Shown here piece after piece: positions 54,074 to 63,881 of a stretch of DNA of 64,000 bases. Each line of letters opens with the position of its first letter. Position 1 is the stretch's first letter. The notes under the pieces are model-generated. The model saw only the letters and a list, made by a program, of their open reading frames with translations, had not been told where the DNA came from and did not search any database. The translations under genes and the position numbers were made by a program. The stretch lies in contig OY820579.1 of assembly GCA_963681965.1 (NCBI GenBank), positions 2,528,001 through 2,592,000 of the forward strand. Reading direction: 5' to 3'. The DNA comes from a bacterium (lineage in GTDB: Bacteria > Electryoneota > JAOADG01).

Positions 54074-55819
54074 TTAATACCTTATGTTGTAAAAATGAGC
54101 CCTTCGATATTCTGCGATGGAAAACTCATGAAAACGGTTACACCCGGGGAGCCCTAATAGTCCGACTTGATTCAAATCAGGTCGGGCTATTTTTTTGTTT
54201 TGCGCATCGAGTTCCACCTCCACCCGCGTCTTCTTTGCCATCGGGGGCTTCAGCGTTTTTCCGGTCGTCAGCTTGGGAATCCGCATGTTGATCCGTGCGA
54301 TGGATTCATCGATTATTTCGATGCTCTCAACGAAATGAATTACCACCATCCGCAATCTCTCGAAAGGTATTGTTTCCGCTTCTGAGTCGAAGTTTCTAAT
54401 CAATTTTCGACAGATATCGAGATCCCGTTTCAACGCTTCTGTGAGGATTTCCACATTGTATTTCTGCTTGAATTCTGCATCCAGAAACCGCTTTTCACGT
54501 TGTAATTCATCAATCTTCACCTTGCATGTTTCCACGTCCATTCCAGCGCCAATTGCATCGTAGTAGCGTTCGATACTGATACTAAGCTCTTTCAAGCGTT
54601 CTGCCAACCGTTGCTCCTCGCCACTCTTGCCGGCTTTTAATTCCATTAACTTCGCCTGGATGGATTGCTCAATTTCATCGAGTCGTCCGGGTTTCGCGAT
54701 TTCATGCTGGATGGCCCTTAGGACGGCGCTTTCCAGAAAATCCTTGTCAATATAGAATGAACCGCATTTACACTCTTTCTGATTGATGTAACCAGAGCAC
54801 ACATAACGCTTTAGCATGTATTCGATGCGTTCGTTTTCGAGTTTACTGACCTTCTTTCTCCGGATTCCTACGTATGCTTGACCGCATTTACCACAGCGAA
54901 TAATCTTAGATAAGAGCCACTCTTCCTTCTGGGTAACTGTCGGGAAAGCCTTGCCAATGTTGCCTGCAGCCATGGCTTTGCGACGGAAGTACATTTCCTT
55001 GCTCACAATAGGATCGTGGGTGTTCTCAACAATCATCCATTCGCTTTCAGGGCGCTGCTTGTGGGACTTGGAGTTAGTGCGGTTCCAGACTGTGGCACCG
55101 TAGTACACCGGGTTATTCAAGTACTGACCGATTCTCTGCTTACACCACGGTTTTCCACTGGCCGTCACGATACCTTCAGCGGTTAATCGATTTACGATCG
55201 CCTTAGCCCCGAGACCATCATTGGTGGCCCATTCGAAGATTTTACGGATGGTTGCTACTTCCATGGGATCACCTAGAGCCAGCTTTTTATGCACCCTGTC
55301 GCCAATACCAGGCACATCGATCTTGGTGTAGCCGTAAGGCACACTCCCACCATTTAAGAAGCCGCGTGAGGCATTCTCCGCCATTCCCTTGCGGGTTTCC
55401 ATCGAGAGGTTCATCGAGTAAAACTGGTTGATCACTTCGATGATTCCTTCGAAGAGAAAGCCCGACGGGGTATCCGAGTCAAAGCTCTCGCACAGGGATT
55501 TTACTGATACACCGTACTTGTTTAGTAAGGACTTGAAGATGACGGATTCTTCACGATTTCGCGAGAAGCGATCCAGTTTATGTACCAGGATGAATTTGAC
55601 ATTGTTCTCCTTGGCAAAACTGATCATTTCCATGAAGCCGCGACGCTTATCAGCGGATGCATACGCCGATACACCCTCATCCTTGAACATCTGCAATAGC
55701 TGCATCTCTGGCTGATCATTCACGTACTTTTCGATGGCTTTGATCTGGGCCGGAATGGAGAGATCCTTCTGTGCCTGATCTTCCGATGAAACTCGCGCAT
55801 AACCTACGACTCGAACCAT
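54074..55819 (-). CDS. Large serine recombinase/integrase (resolvase, recombinase, Zn ribbon, coiled coil)
   Basis: GYARVSS, KLDRFSRN, PYGY, CGKCG...YVC...C; AGGAGG RBS on minus strand. Confidence 0.95.
   Translation of the reverse strand: MVRVVGYARVSSEDQAQKDLSIPAQIKAIEKYVNDQPEMQLLQMFKDEGVSAYASADKRRGFMEMISFAKENNVKFILVHKLDRFSRNREESVIFKSLLNKYGVSVKSLCESFDSDTPSGFLFEGIIEVINQFYSMNLSMETRKGMAENASRGFLNGGSVPYGYTKIDVPGIGDRVHKKLALGDPMEVATIRKIFEWATNDGLGAKAIVNRLTAEGIVTASGKPWCKQRIGQYLNNPVYYGATVWNRTNSKSHKQRPESEWMIVENTHDPIVSKEMYFRRKAMAAGNIGKAFPTVTQKEEWLLSKIIRCGKCGQAYVGIRRKKVSKLENERIEYMLKRYVCSGYINQKECKCGSFYIDKDFLESAVLRAIQHEIAKPGRLDEIEQSIQAKLMELKAGKSGEEQRLAERLKELSISIERYYDAIGAGMDVETCKVKIDELQREKRFLDAEFKQKYNVEILTEALKRDLDICRKLIRNFDSEAETIPFERLRMVVIHFVESIEIIDESIARINMRIPKLTTGKTLKPPMAKKTRVEVELDAQNKKIARPDLNQVGLLGLPGCNRFHEFSIAEYRRAHFYNIRY
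54158..54196 (+). terminator. Rho-independent terminator on + strand, inside the 3' coding end of the recombinase
   Basis: TAGTCCGACTTGAT-TCAA-ATCAGGTCGGGCTA 14-bp stem (2 G-U) followed by T7. Confidence 0.8.
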
Positions 55820-55945
55820 TTTATCCTCCTTGCTATCCCAGTAGTAATGGCAATCACTATGCCACGATTCCAGGTGCGATTTAGTGGTTCGAAGTTACAC
55901 GAACGTTCCGCAGAATCAAGTCCAGTCTGCATGCCCCCCGAATCG

Positions 55946-56259
55946 AGTTAGTAACCCTGCAAAGCGAAAAGTGCTTAATATGATCACTTATAGGGTTACT
56001 AACTACCAAAATGGTGATCAAAATGATCACTCAGGGTAACTAACGGTGACCATAATGCTCATTTTGCTGTAAAACTGGGTTACTAACTACTTCCGGAGGA
56101 TTTCTTGAAGAGAATTTGAAGTAACCTTGCATCTCAAAACGATACTCATATTGCTCACCCTGTATAGGTTTGGATGAGCAGAATGATCATTTCTAGGGTT
56201 ACTAACTGGCTAGCTGCTATTCAATTTGCTCACCCTGCTCGAAATTAGGGTTACTATCG
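55946..56259. repeat. Interleaved array of a 13-bp motif (AGGGTTACTAACT) and a 17-bp palindrome (GTGATCA-N3-TGATCAC)
   Basis: Motif A at 55946 (inverted), 55992, 56033, 56076, 56195, 56247; motif B at 55971, 56014, 56046, 56142, 56174, 56217. Confidence 0.9.
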
Positions 56260-56475
56260 TTTCTCACTGCTTTCTATCTACTGAATAATCCATTAGTTAC
56301 ATCATTCATCAGACTTCGGCATACCTATTGCGTTAACCGGTATCGTCGTGATTCCGCACGATGAATCCAGTTGAAAATGGAGAACAATGAACCAGCCACA
56401 TAATCTTCGTTTTGAAGTCGTGCAGTCACCGAATGCGAGTGTTGCCGAAGAACATGCAGCAATAAATGTGCTGGC

Positions 56476-57849
56476 AAACAGGAGAGTTTCCCCCGGATCG
56501 CGATCTCAGTCGATATGCTGGACACCGGTGTTGACATCCCCGAAGTTGTAAACCTCGCATTTATGAAACCGGTCAGTTCGTATGTGAAATTCTGGCAAAT
56601 GATCGGTCGCGGTTCCCGGAACAACGAAACCTGCAAGCAGCACTCTTGGCTCCCCAACGGGAAAAAAGAACGCTACCTGATCATCGACTACTGGGAGAAT
56701 TGGGGAGATACACTGCGGAAGAACCGCCGCAAGGAACCAACTCAAATCCCAGTATTGGTAACAATCCTCACCACTCGAATCAAAAAACTCGAGTTGTTGC
56801 TTGCCGACCAGACCGACTCGGCTTTTGTGCGGATCGTAGCAGATTTGCGGCGGGAGCTTGAGCATATTCCGCAGACATCCTTCTCGGTTCAGAAAGCATG
56901 GAGCGAAGTCAAGGATGCCTGGGAGGATGATTTCTGGCGATACTTGACTGCAGACAAACTAGACTTCCTGCAGATGAAGGTTGCACCGTTGCTACGCTTC
57001 GCTGTCGACGTGAACCCTGACGAGGCGTTTTTCATCAGCAAGATGGAGCGTCTCGGTTTATTGCTGCTGCAGCGCAAGGATATGGCGAAACAGATCGAAT
57101 CGATACGCGAGGATGTAGCGCGGCTTCCCACCAACCTATCGCAAGTCGATGAACAAAGACAGCAGGTCGATTTCGTACTTTCCAATGCGTTTGGACAACC
57201 CCAGTCGCTTGCAGCGATTGACGAGACCAAAGCGGCTCTCGCCCCGTTGATGAAGTACCGGAAAGATCGCCCTTCAAACGTCATCGAGCTGGGACTTGAC
57301 GATGTAATTCAATCTCGACACTGGTGTATCGTCCAGAATGGCGACCAGCGCATTTACGTCGAGGAATACAAGCGACTGGTCGAGGAACGGGTACTCGCGC
57401 TTGCAGAAAACCACCCGACGATTAAGAAACTGAAAGCCGGTGGCGACATCACAACCGACGATCTAGTGAGCTTGGAACAGACACTCACCACGGAATTACA
57501 ATCCGATGAAGTATCGTTGTTCGACGATAACATGGAGAAGGCGTTCGGTGTTCGCGTCGGTAGTCTGGTCGATTTCATTCGACACGTTTTGAATCTAGAG
57601 AAACTTCCGACTCGAGAGAGTATCATCGGGGCGGCGTTCGATGCATTTGTGCTGGAGCATAACTTCAATGCCGACCAGAGCCGCTTTCTGCGGGCGGTAC
57701 GGGTTGTGTTCAAGGAACGGAAGAAGATCACGCTCGAAGACTTGTACGACGAACCGTTCACCAACTTCGGAGCGAATGCTGTCGAGAAACTCTTTAGCCA
57801 GCAGGAAATTGACGAGTTGCTGCAGTTGACAGGCGGGTTGGCGGCGTAG
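56476..57849 (+). pseudogene. hsdR: 5'-truncated type I restriction subunit (EcoEI R C-terminal type)
   Basis: Begins at KQESFPRIAISVDMLDTGVDIP and QMIGRG.R (late helicase motifs); nuclease and Walker A/B regions absent. Confidence 0.88.
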
Positions 57850-57861
57850 TAAAAGGAGATT

Positions 57862-60800
57862 ATGGTGGCAGATCTAAAGATGATTACCGATAGACCTAGC
57901 TTTAAAGGTGTTGGTCACTCCGATGCAGACGCATTCAATCATAGGGTGATTGCTGATTCTATCCTAGAAATCCTCGAAAAAAATGACCCTCCAATGACCA
58001 TCGGTTTGTTTGGTGGGTGGGGGGTTGGAAAATCATCAATCATGAATCTCATCGAATCGCTCCTTGATCGGGACAAGTATGCCTATGTCTATTTCAATGC
58101 TTGGAAATACTCAGGTGATTCGTTTAGACGAGAGTTCCTATTGACTGTTGCAAGATCGGAAGAGATAATCAAGAGCAAATCGGAACGTGAATCCAAAGTC
58201 AACGAGCTGAGTACACTTAGTCACACTTCGATTCTTAAAAAACCAAAAGAGACAATTTCGATATCGAAGTCGGGTGTAATTCAATCCTCAGCTTTCATCG
58301 TTCTAGCAACAATTGCCACCTACCTTCTTATTAGTGGTGGTGAAGTAAAAAGTTTACCAACGATGGGTAGCGGAATATTTGCGTTGGTAGTCAGCCTTGT
58401 TGTTTTATTTCTAAATCAAGTTAAACAGATAATCAAAGTCGATGTAGACAACTCACAAGATCCGAAACTTATCTTCCCTGAGCAATTTGTAGAAAAGTTT
58501 AAAGAATTAGTCAACATAGCAAGCAAAAATAAACCTTCACGCAAATTGGTGTTCGTTATCGATGATTTAGATCGTTGTGAAATCGATATGATCAATTCAG
58601 TTCTCGTTTCATTGAAAAACTTTTTTGAAGTTGATCGTTGCTGTTTTATTGTGCCAATGGACGATTCCTCAGTTGTTCAAATGTTTTCAGCCAAAAATAC
58701 GAACATTGGTTACGAGCAGTTAAGAAAATATTTCTCTGTATCAATACGAATCCCAGTTTTTCACAATGAAGATATTGTTCTCTTCGCAAAGGAAACAGCA
58801 AAAAAATACAATATCTCTCAAAATGTTGCGTATTTAGCGGCAAAAGGGTACTGCAAAGATGCCCGGAAGATGAAACACTTCCTAAACTTATTTATGATCA
58901 AAAGAGCTATTGCCGTTGCACGACACACCCAAGGATATTTGGGTGAGTTAGATGTTAGCAAACTTGAACCCCAGATTGCCAAACTTACAGTTTTAGAGTA
59001 CCAGTATCCAGAGTTTTACAGAGTTATAACCGAGAACCCGGAGTACTTGAACCGATTCACAAATGCTGCGCGCGGACATGAAGAAAATCTTAGCGAAAGC
59101 GAGATACTGTGCGAGTTCTCAGAATCCAAAGACGGGAAGATTTCGATCAATGATGTTTGGAAAAAATACCGTGGGTTGAGAAAGTTCTTGGCTGAAACTT
59201 ACCAAATCGAGATTATAGATTTAGACACACTTGCGAAGCTAAAAACAACGGAACAAGTCACTAGACTCGGTTCAATTGGTTCAAAACTTAGTCGAGCAGT
59301 TACCGAGAATGAGTTTCACTTCGAAGAATTTCTGACTGCAGATTCTGTTCAAGGAAAGGATGAAGCAATTGTTGATACGCTTCAAGCTTCAATAGATGAT
59401 GATCTAGAGCTAGTTACAAGGCGCGTTATTGAAATAGCGCACTACTTATTGATAAATAAAATGTTAATTGCTGAGGAACATAAGAGATTATTTATTGATG
59501 TCACTAGAGTCATCACTTCGAAAACGTTGGATTTTAAACTTCAAATCGAGGATTTGAGTTTTTACCTTAACGAGTCGCCACAGTTGAGCGAATCATTACA
59601 TGACGACATTCTCAGTAAAGTGCAGAGTACTCTCCTTTCACAAGATTCATACACTGACGCTGTTTGGGAAGTCATCAACCATCCCGAATTTTTTAGTCGC
59701 GCTCGGAATGACTCAAATCAATTCAATACTTCCCTTGAACGGTGGCTACAAGAAGTTTTTGATAACCCAGTACGACTGCTCAGTTTCCTTAAAGGTCTGA
59801 ACTCACTTCGATTGACGAAGGGTGAGCGTAAGAACGCAGGATTGGTTGTTCCTTCTGCTGTGCTTGAACACCAACTTGTGTCTCGGATATCGGGTGACGA
59901 CACCGAAATGTTAAACCAAATCAATGACGAACTATATAAGTTATTCCTTAATCCCAACAACGCGGGTGAGTTTACTTCTGACGATACGCTTGATTCGACT
60001 TTAGTGCGAATTCTCAAAGACCTGCTATCTAGGAATGCGGAAACCGAAGGATTCACTCGTTGTGCTGATTTCGTTCTTCGGTTGCCCCGCGAATTGCATT
60101 CAGATCAAGCTTTAAAGTTGTCAAGGTTCTTAACAAATCAACCAATTGAAGAAGAGGAGGAAGTGAGTTCTGAACCAGTTATTGTGGAAAACACACCATT
60201 GGTATTATGTCTCCTTCTTCGGTGTTTACCAAGACTATCTGAAACCCAATCTAAATCAGAAATAGAATTCGTCGAGGGCGTTTACAGTTGCTCTTCGACA
60301 GAACTTCAAGCAGTAATCGATCTGATAAATTCATACTCTTATTTACAAAACGAGTATACATGCAAGCTTCTGAACCAAGGAGTCACTAAAAAGTGGCAGT
60401 GGGTAAAAGACAACTTCCAGACTCTGCACAAAGAAACGGATCTCTTACCCTTTGCAAGAATTTGCCAGTCCTACTTGGGAAATATAGACATAGAGGTTAA
60501 ATCTTTCGTTCAGCAGCTTTTGTCTCTATCGGAGGTGGAACAACTCCAACATGCAACTAATTACATCGTCGAAAAAGCACGAGAATTTGGCGAACCATTT
60601 ATTATCGAATGCATTACGGCAGTAACGAGCAATATTTCGAATCAAGAGCTACCTATTGATTGCCGAACCATCTACATCGACCTCTACAACGCTCTCTTGA
60701 ACCTGATTCCGAGTGAAAGAAGAGGTAATACCTTTGACGAGTTGGTTGCCACTATCCAAATCGATGATTTTGATCTATTGCCAATTTTCACCGAGAAGTT

Positions 60801-61242
60801 CGAACCTTTACGGAGCACAGTAGGTCGTGGGTTGCTTCAACCCCAGCAACGTATTTTCCTCGAAGCAATTGTAAACGATGAGACGAACGACCTTTCGCAG
60901 TATTCTACCTTTTTTAACACTTGTCTACTAAATGGAAAACTATCCCCTGAAAGTTCAACTACACTCGCACGTAGAATTATGAATGAACTACCCCTGTCTG
61001 AAAAAAGTGAGGGGCATCGGATGTTGTTACTCGAACTCACGAATGAAATTACCGCAATGAGTGATGACAAAAAAGATGATTTGTCACAGACGCTATACTA
61101 TTATAAAGATACCGGAGATAATCCCCAATTAAGGGGGAAGGCACATGAGATCAATGAGATGTTGATTTCGAACGGCACAATACGCCGGTATTCACCTCCA
61201 CCACCACCTCCGCCATCTGAAGCAACAACTGAGGAAGCTTAA
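57862..61242 (+). CDS. KAP-family P-loop NTPase with two TM helices and long helical C-terminus
   Basis: GGWGVGKSS, FNAWKY, two hydrophobic segments, FVIDDLDRC, YEQLRKYF, R.MKHFLN; AAGGAG RBS. Confidence 0.92.
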   Translation: MVADLKMITDRPSFKGVGHSDADAFNHRVIADSILEILEKNDPPMTIGLFGGWGVGKSSIMNLIESLLDRDKYAYVYFNAWKYSGDSFRREFLLTVARSEEIIKSKSERESKVNELSTLSHTSILKKPKETISISKSGVIQSSAFIVLATIATYLLISGGEVKSLPTMGSGIFALVVSLVVLFLNQVKQIIKVDVDNSQDPKLIFPEQFVEKFKELVNIASKNKPSRKLVFVIDDLDRCEIDMINSVLVSLKNFFEVDRCCFIVPMDDSSVVQMFSAKNTNIGYEQLRKYFSVSIRIPVFHNEDIVLFAKETAKKYNISQNVAYLAAKGYCKDARKMKHFLNLFMIKRAIAVARHTQGYLGELDVSKLEPQIAKLTVLEYQYPEFYRVITENPEYLNRFTNAARGHEENLSESEILCEFSESKDGKISINDVWKKYRGLRKFLAETYQIEIIDLDTLAKLKTTEQVTRLGSIGSKLSRAVTENEFHFEEFLTADSVQGKDEAIVDTLQASIDDDLELVTRRVIEIAHYLLINKMLIAEEHKRLFIDVTRVITSKTLDFKLQIEDLSFYLNESPQLSESLHDDILSKVQSTLLSQDSYTDAVWEVINHPEFFSRARNDSNQFNTSLERWLQEVFDNPVRLLSFLKGLNSLRLTKGERKNAGLVVPSAVLEHQLVSRISGDDTEMLNQINDELYKLFLNPNNAGEFTSDDTLDSTLVRILKDLLSRNAETEGFTRCADFVLRLPRELHSDQALKLSRFLTNQPIEEEEEVSSEPVIVENTPLVLCLLLRCLPRLSETQSKSEIEFVEGVYSCSSTELQAVIDLINSYSYLQNEYTCKLLNQGVTKKWQWVKDNFQTLHKETDLLPFARICQSYLGNIDIEVKSFVQQLLSLSEVEQLQHATNYIVEKAREFGEPFIIECITAVTSNISNQELPIDCRTIYIDLYNALLNLIPSERRGNTFDELVATIQIDDFDLLPIFTEKFEPLRSTVGRGLLQPQQRIFLEAIVNDETNDLSQYSTFFNTCLLNGKLSPESSTTLARRIMNELPLSEKSEGHRMLLLELTNEITAMSDDKKDDLSQTLYYYKDTGDNPQLRGKAHEINEMLISNGTIRRYSPPPPPPPSEATTEEA

Positions 61243-62774
61243 TGCTAACAGACCCTATTCTCCGTTCGAAAGTCGATGCCCTCTGGGACAAGTTCTGGTC
61301 AGGTGGAATCTCGAATCCGCTGTCTGCGATTGAGCAGATGTCGTACCTCATTTTCCTGAAGCGGATCGAGGATATGGACGATACACGAGCGGCATCGGCA
61401 CGCCGCCGGTCAACACCGTTCACTTCGTTGTTTGACAATCCCATCGGTTGGAAAACCGGTGACATCGACCGTACCCAGTGTCGCTGGTCGTATTGGAGTC
61501 AGCTCCCCGGCGAACGGATGTTGAAGCACGTCCGGGACAATGTGTTTGAATTCCTGCGGACGCTCGGCGGCGAAACCAGCACCTTCACACAGCACATGCA
61601 GGACGCGGTGTTCATTATCCCCAAAGCGTCGCTGCTGCAGGAAGCGGTCAAGATCATCGAGGAGATGCACATCTCCGAGCAGAACATCGACGTGCAAGGC
61701 GACTTGTACGAGTACCTGCTTCGCCAGTTGACGATGGCGGGGAAAAACGGTCAATTCCGCACCCCTCGTCACATAATTCGGATGATCACGAAACTGGTGA
61801 ATCCACAGATCGGTCAAAAAGTGTGTGACCCGGCGGGCGGCACCGGTGGTTTTCTCGTCGCGGCTTACGAGCACATTCTCGAGGCGAACACCAGTCCCGA
61901 CATTCTCGAATACGACGAGGACGGCAAACCGCACCACCTCATCGGCGATAAAATTGCCGACAAGCGACTCCAGACATTCCTGAAAAGCCACGCGCTGACT
62001 GGGTACGATTTCGATCCTACAATGGTTCGCATCGGCGCGATGAATTTGATGCTCCACGGTATCGACAACCCGAATTTCATCTGGACGGATACGTTGAGCA
62101 AGACCTTCACCGAAAAAGGGTTGTACGACGTCATTATCGCGAACCCGCCGTTCAAAGGGTCGATTGACAAGAACGATATTAACCCCCGGTTCAAGGTCAA
62201 AACCACCAAGACGGAACTGTTGTTTCTCGAGCTGATGATCGACCTGCTGGTGATGGGTGGTCGCTGTGGGGTCATTGTACCAGACGGGGTGCTGTTCGGT
62301 GGCAGCAACGCCCATGTGGACGTGCGTAAACGGCTGTTAGACGCTTGTAAACTCGAAGGGGTAATATCGATGCCATCGGGAGTTTTCAAGCCGTATGCGG
62401 GCGTGTCGACGGCGGTGCTGATCTTCCAAAAGGGGGGCATCACCGATAACGTCTGGTTCTACGATATGCAGGCGGACGGCTTCTCGCTCGACGACAAGCG
62501 GAATCGCGTCGCTGAGAACGACATTCCCGATCTGGTCGCTCAGTGGCAACAACGGGCAACCGCAGCCGGTGCCGACCGTTCGCAGAAATGCTTCATGGTT
62601 CCGGTCGACGAGATTCGCGCGAACAAGCACGACCTCTCGATTTCGAGATATCGCCAAACAGTTTCCGATTCCGTTTGTTTCGAGAATCCTGTAATTCTGA
62701 TTGATAAGCTCTACGATCTCGAGGGTGAAATTCAATCTGATATCGTTGCAATTAGAAAGCTGATGAGTAGATGA
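61242..62774 (+). CDS. hsdM: Type I RM methyltransferase subunit
   Basis: GDLYEYLL, GQFRTPRH, DPAGGTGGFL, ANPPF, VPDGVLFG. Confidence 0.96.
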   Translation: MLTDPILRSKVDALWDKFWSGGISNPLSAIEQMSYLIFLKRIEDMDDTRAASARRRSTPFTSLFDNPIGWKTGDIDRTQCRWSYWSQLPGERMLKHVRDNVFEFLRTLGGETSTFTQHMQDAVFIIPKASLLQEAVKIIEEMHISEQNIDVQGDLYEYLLRQLTMAGKNGQFRTPRHIIRMITKLVNPQIGQKVCDPAGGTGGFLVAAYEHILEANTSPDILEYDEDGKPHHLIGDKIADKRLQTFLKSHALTGYDFDPTMVRIGAMNLMLHGIDNPNFIWTDTLSKTFTEKGLYDVIIANPPFKGSIDKNDINPRFKVKTTKTELLFLELMIDLLVMGGRCGVIVPDGVLFGGSNAHVDVRKRLLDACKLEGVISMPSGVFKPYAGVSTAVLIFQKGGITDNVWFYDMQADGFSLDDKRNRVAENDIPDLVAQWQQRATAAGADRSQKCFMVPVDEIRANKHDLSISRYRQTVSDSVCFENPVILIDKLYDLEGEIQSDIVAIRKLMSR

Positions 62775-63865
62775 AACAAGAATTCATTAAAATCAGCGAT
62801 TTGTGTAAGTTCGAGTATGGCGACAGCCTTCCCGCTCGAACAAGAAACACGGGAAGTGTCCCTGTCTATGGTTCGAACGGTATCGTTGGATTCCACGACA
62901 GTGCTGTGACTTCAGGAGAAACAATAATTGTTGGGAGAAAAGGTTCGGTTGGTGAAGTTCATTACTCGCCAGTTGCCTGTTTTCCTATTGACACGACTTA
63001 CTACATTTCACGAACGCTAAAAAAGTGCTCACTTAAATGGTTGTATTTCATTTTGAAAAGTTCCGGAATGACTGAGATGAATAAAGCGTCAGCAGTACCG
63101 GGTTTGAACAGAAACGATGCATACGATGTCAAAATCCACTATCCCCCACTACCCGAGCAGGAGCGCATCGCGGCGATCTTGGAGAAGGCAGATGCGGCTC
63201 GTGCCAAACGCCGCCAAGCCAATGCCCTGACTGAGGAGTTCCTCCAGTCCGCTTTCATCGACCTCTTCGGCGATCCCGCCACTAATCCGAAAGGATGGAA
63301 GACAAAACCTCTAGGGTCATTGTGTGACATTAGACGCGGCGCATCACCTAGACCAATAAAAGAATTTCTGGGCGGAACCATTCCTTGGATAAAAATTGGT
63401 GATGGTTCGCAAGGTGGTTCTATTTTCCTATCATCGACAGCAGAACACATAATCGAGTCAGGTCAATCCAAAAGTGTGTTCGTACCTGAAGGTTCGTTGA
63501 TTTTTGCTAACTGCGGTGTGAGCTTAGGATTTGCTAGGATTCTCAAAATTTCTGGTTGCATTCACGACGGTTGGTTAGCATTTAGCAATTATTCAAACGA
63601 ACTAAATCCCTTGTTTTTACTCGCGACAATCAATGAGTTGACGGGGTATCTTAGAGGGATTGCCCCTTCAGGAACTCAACCCAATTTGAATACTTCGATC
63701 ATGAAAAATCTGCAGATTCCGCTACCACCCGTCAAAATGCAGTCCAACTACGCTGAAACAATGATTCAAATCGAAAACCTACGAACTAAGCAACTTCAGT
63801 CCGAGCAGGAACTCGAGAACCTGTTCCAAAGCCTTCTGCAGAAGGCGTTTCAGGGGAAGTTGTAA
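62771..63865 (+). CDS. hsdS: Type I RM specificity subunit
   Basis: Two TRDs with PPLPEQERIA, FGDPATNPKGW and SLLQKAFQGKL conserved regions. Confidence 0.95.
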   Translation: MKQEFIKISDLCKFEYGDSLPARTRNTGSVPVYGSNGIVGFHDSAVTSGETIIVGRKGSVGEVHYSPVACFPIDTTYYISRTLKKCSLKWLYFILKSSGMTEMNKASAVPGLNRNDAYDVKIHYPPLPEQERIAAILEKADAARAKRRQANALTEEFLQSAFIDLFGDPATNPKGWKTKPLGSLCDIRRGASPRPIKEFLGGTIPWIKIGDGSQGGSIFLSSTAEHIIESGQSKSVFVPEGSLIFANCGVSLGFARILKISGCIHDGWLAFSNYSNELNPLFLLATINELTGYLRGIAPSGTQPNLNTSIMKNLQIPLPPVKMQSNYAETMIQIENLRTKQLQSEQELENLFQSLLQKAFQGKL

Positions 63866-63881
63866 TCAATTAGGAGATGTA

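Noticed and set aside
55946-56259. CRISPR array
   Set aside because: Repeats are only 13-17 bp, spacing is irregular, one copy is inverted, and there are no cas genes in the window.
61410-62443. Long antisense ORFs (301 aa, 192 aa) opposite hsdM
   Set aside because: Shadow frames of a GC-rich, strongly codon-biased gene with no motifs; the same applies to 2231..2971, 2910..3641 and 20495..21058.
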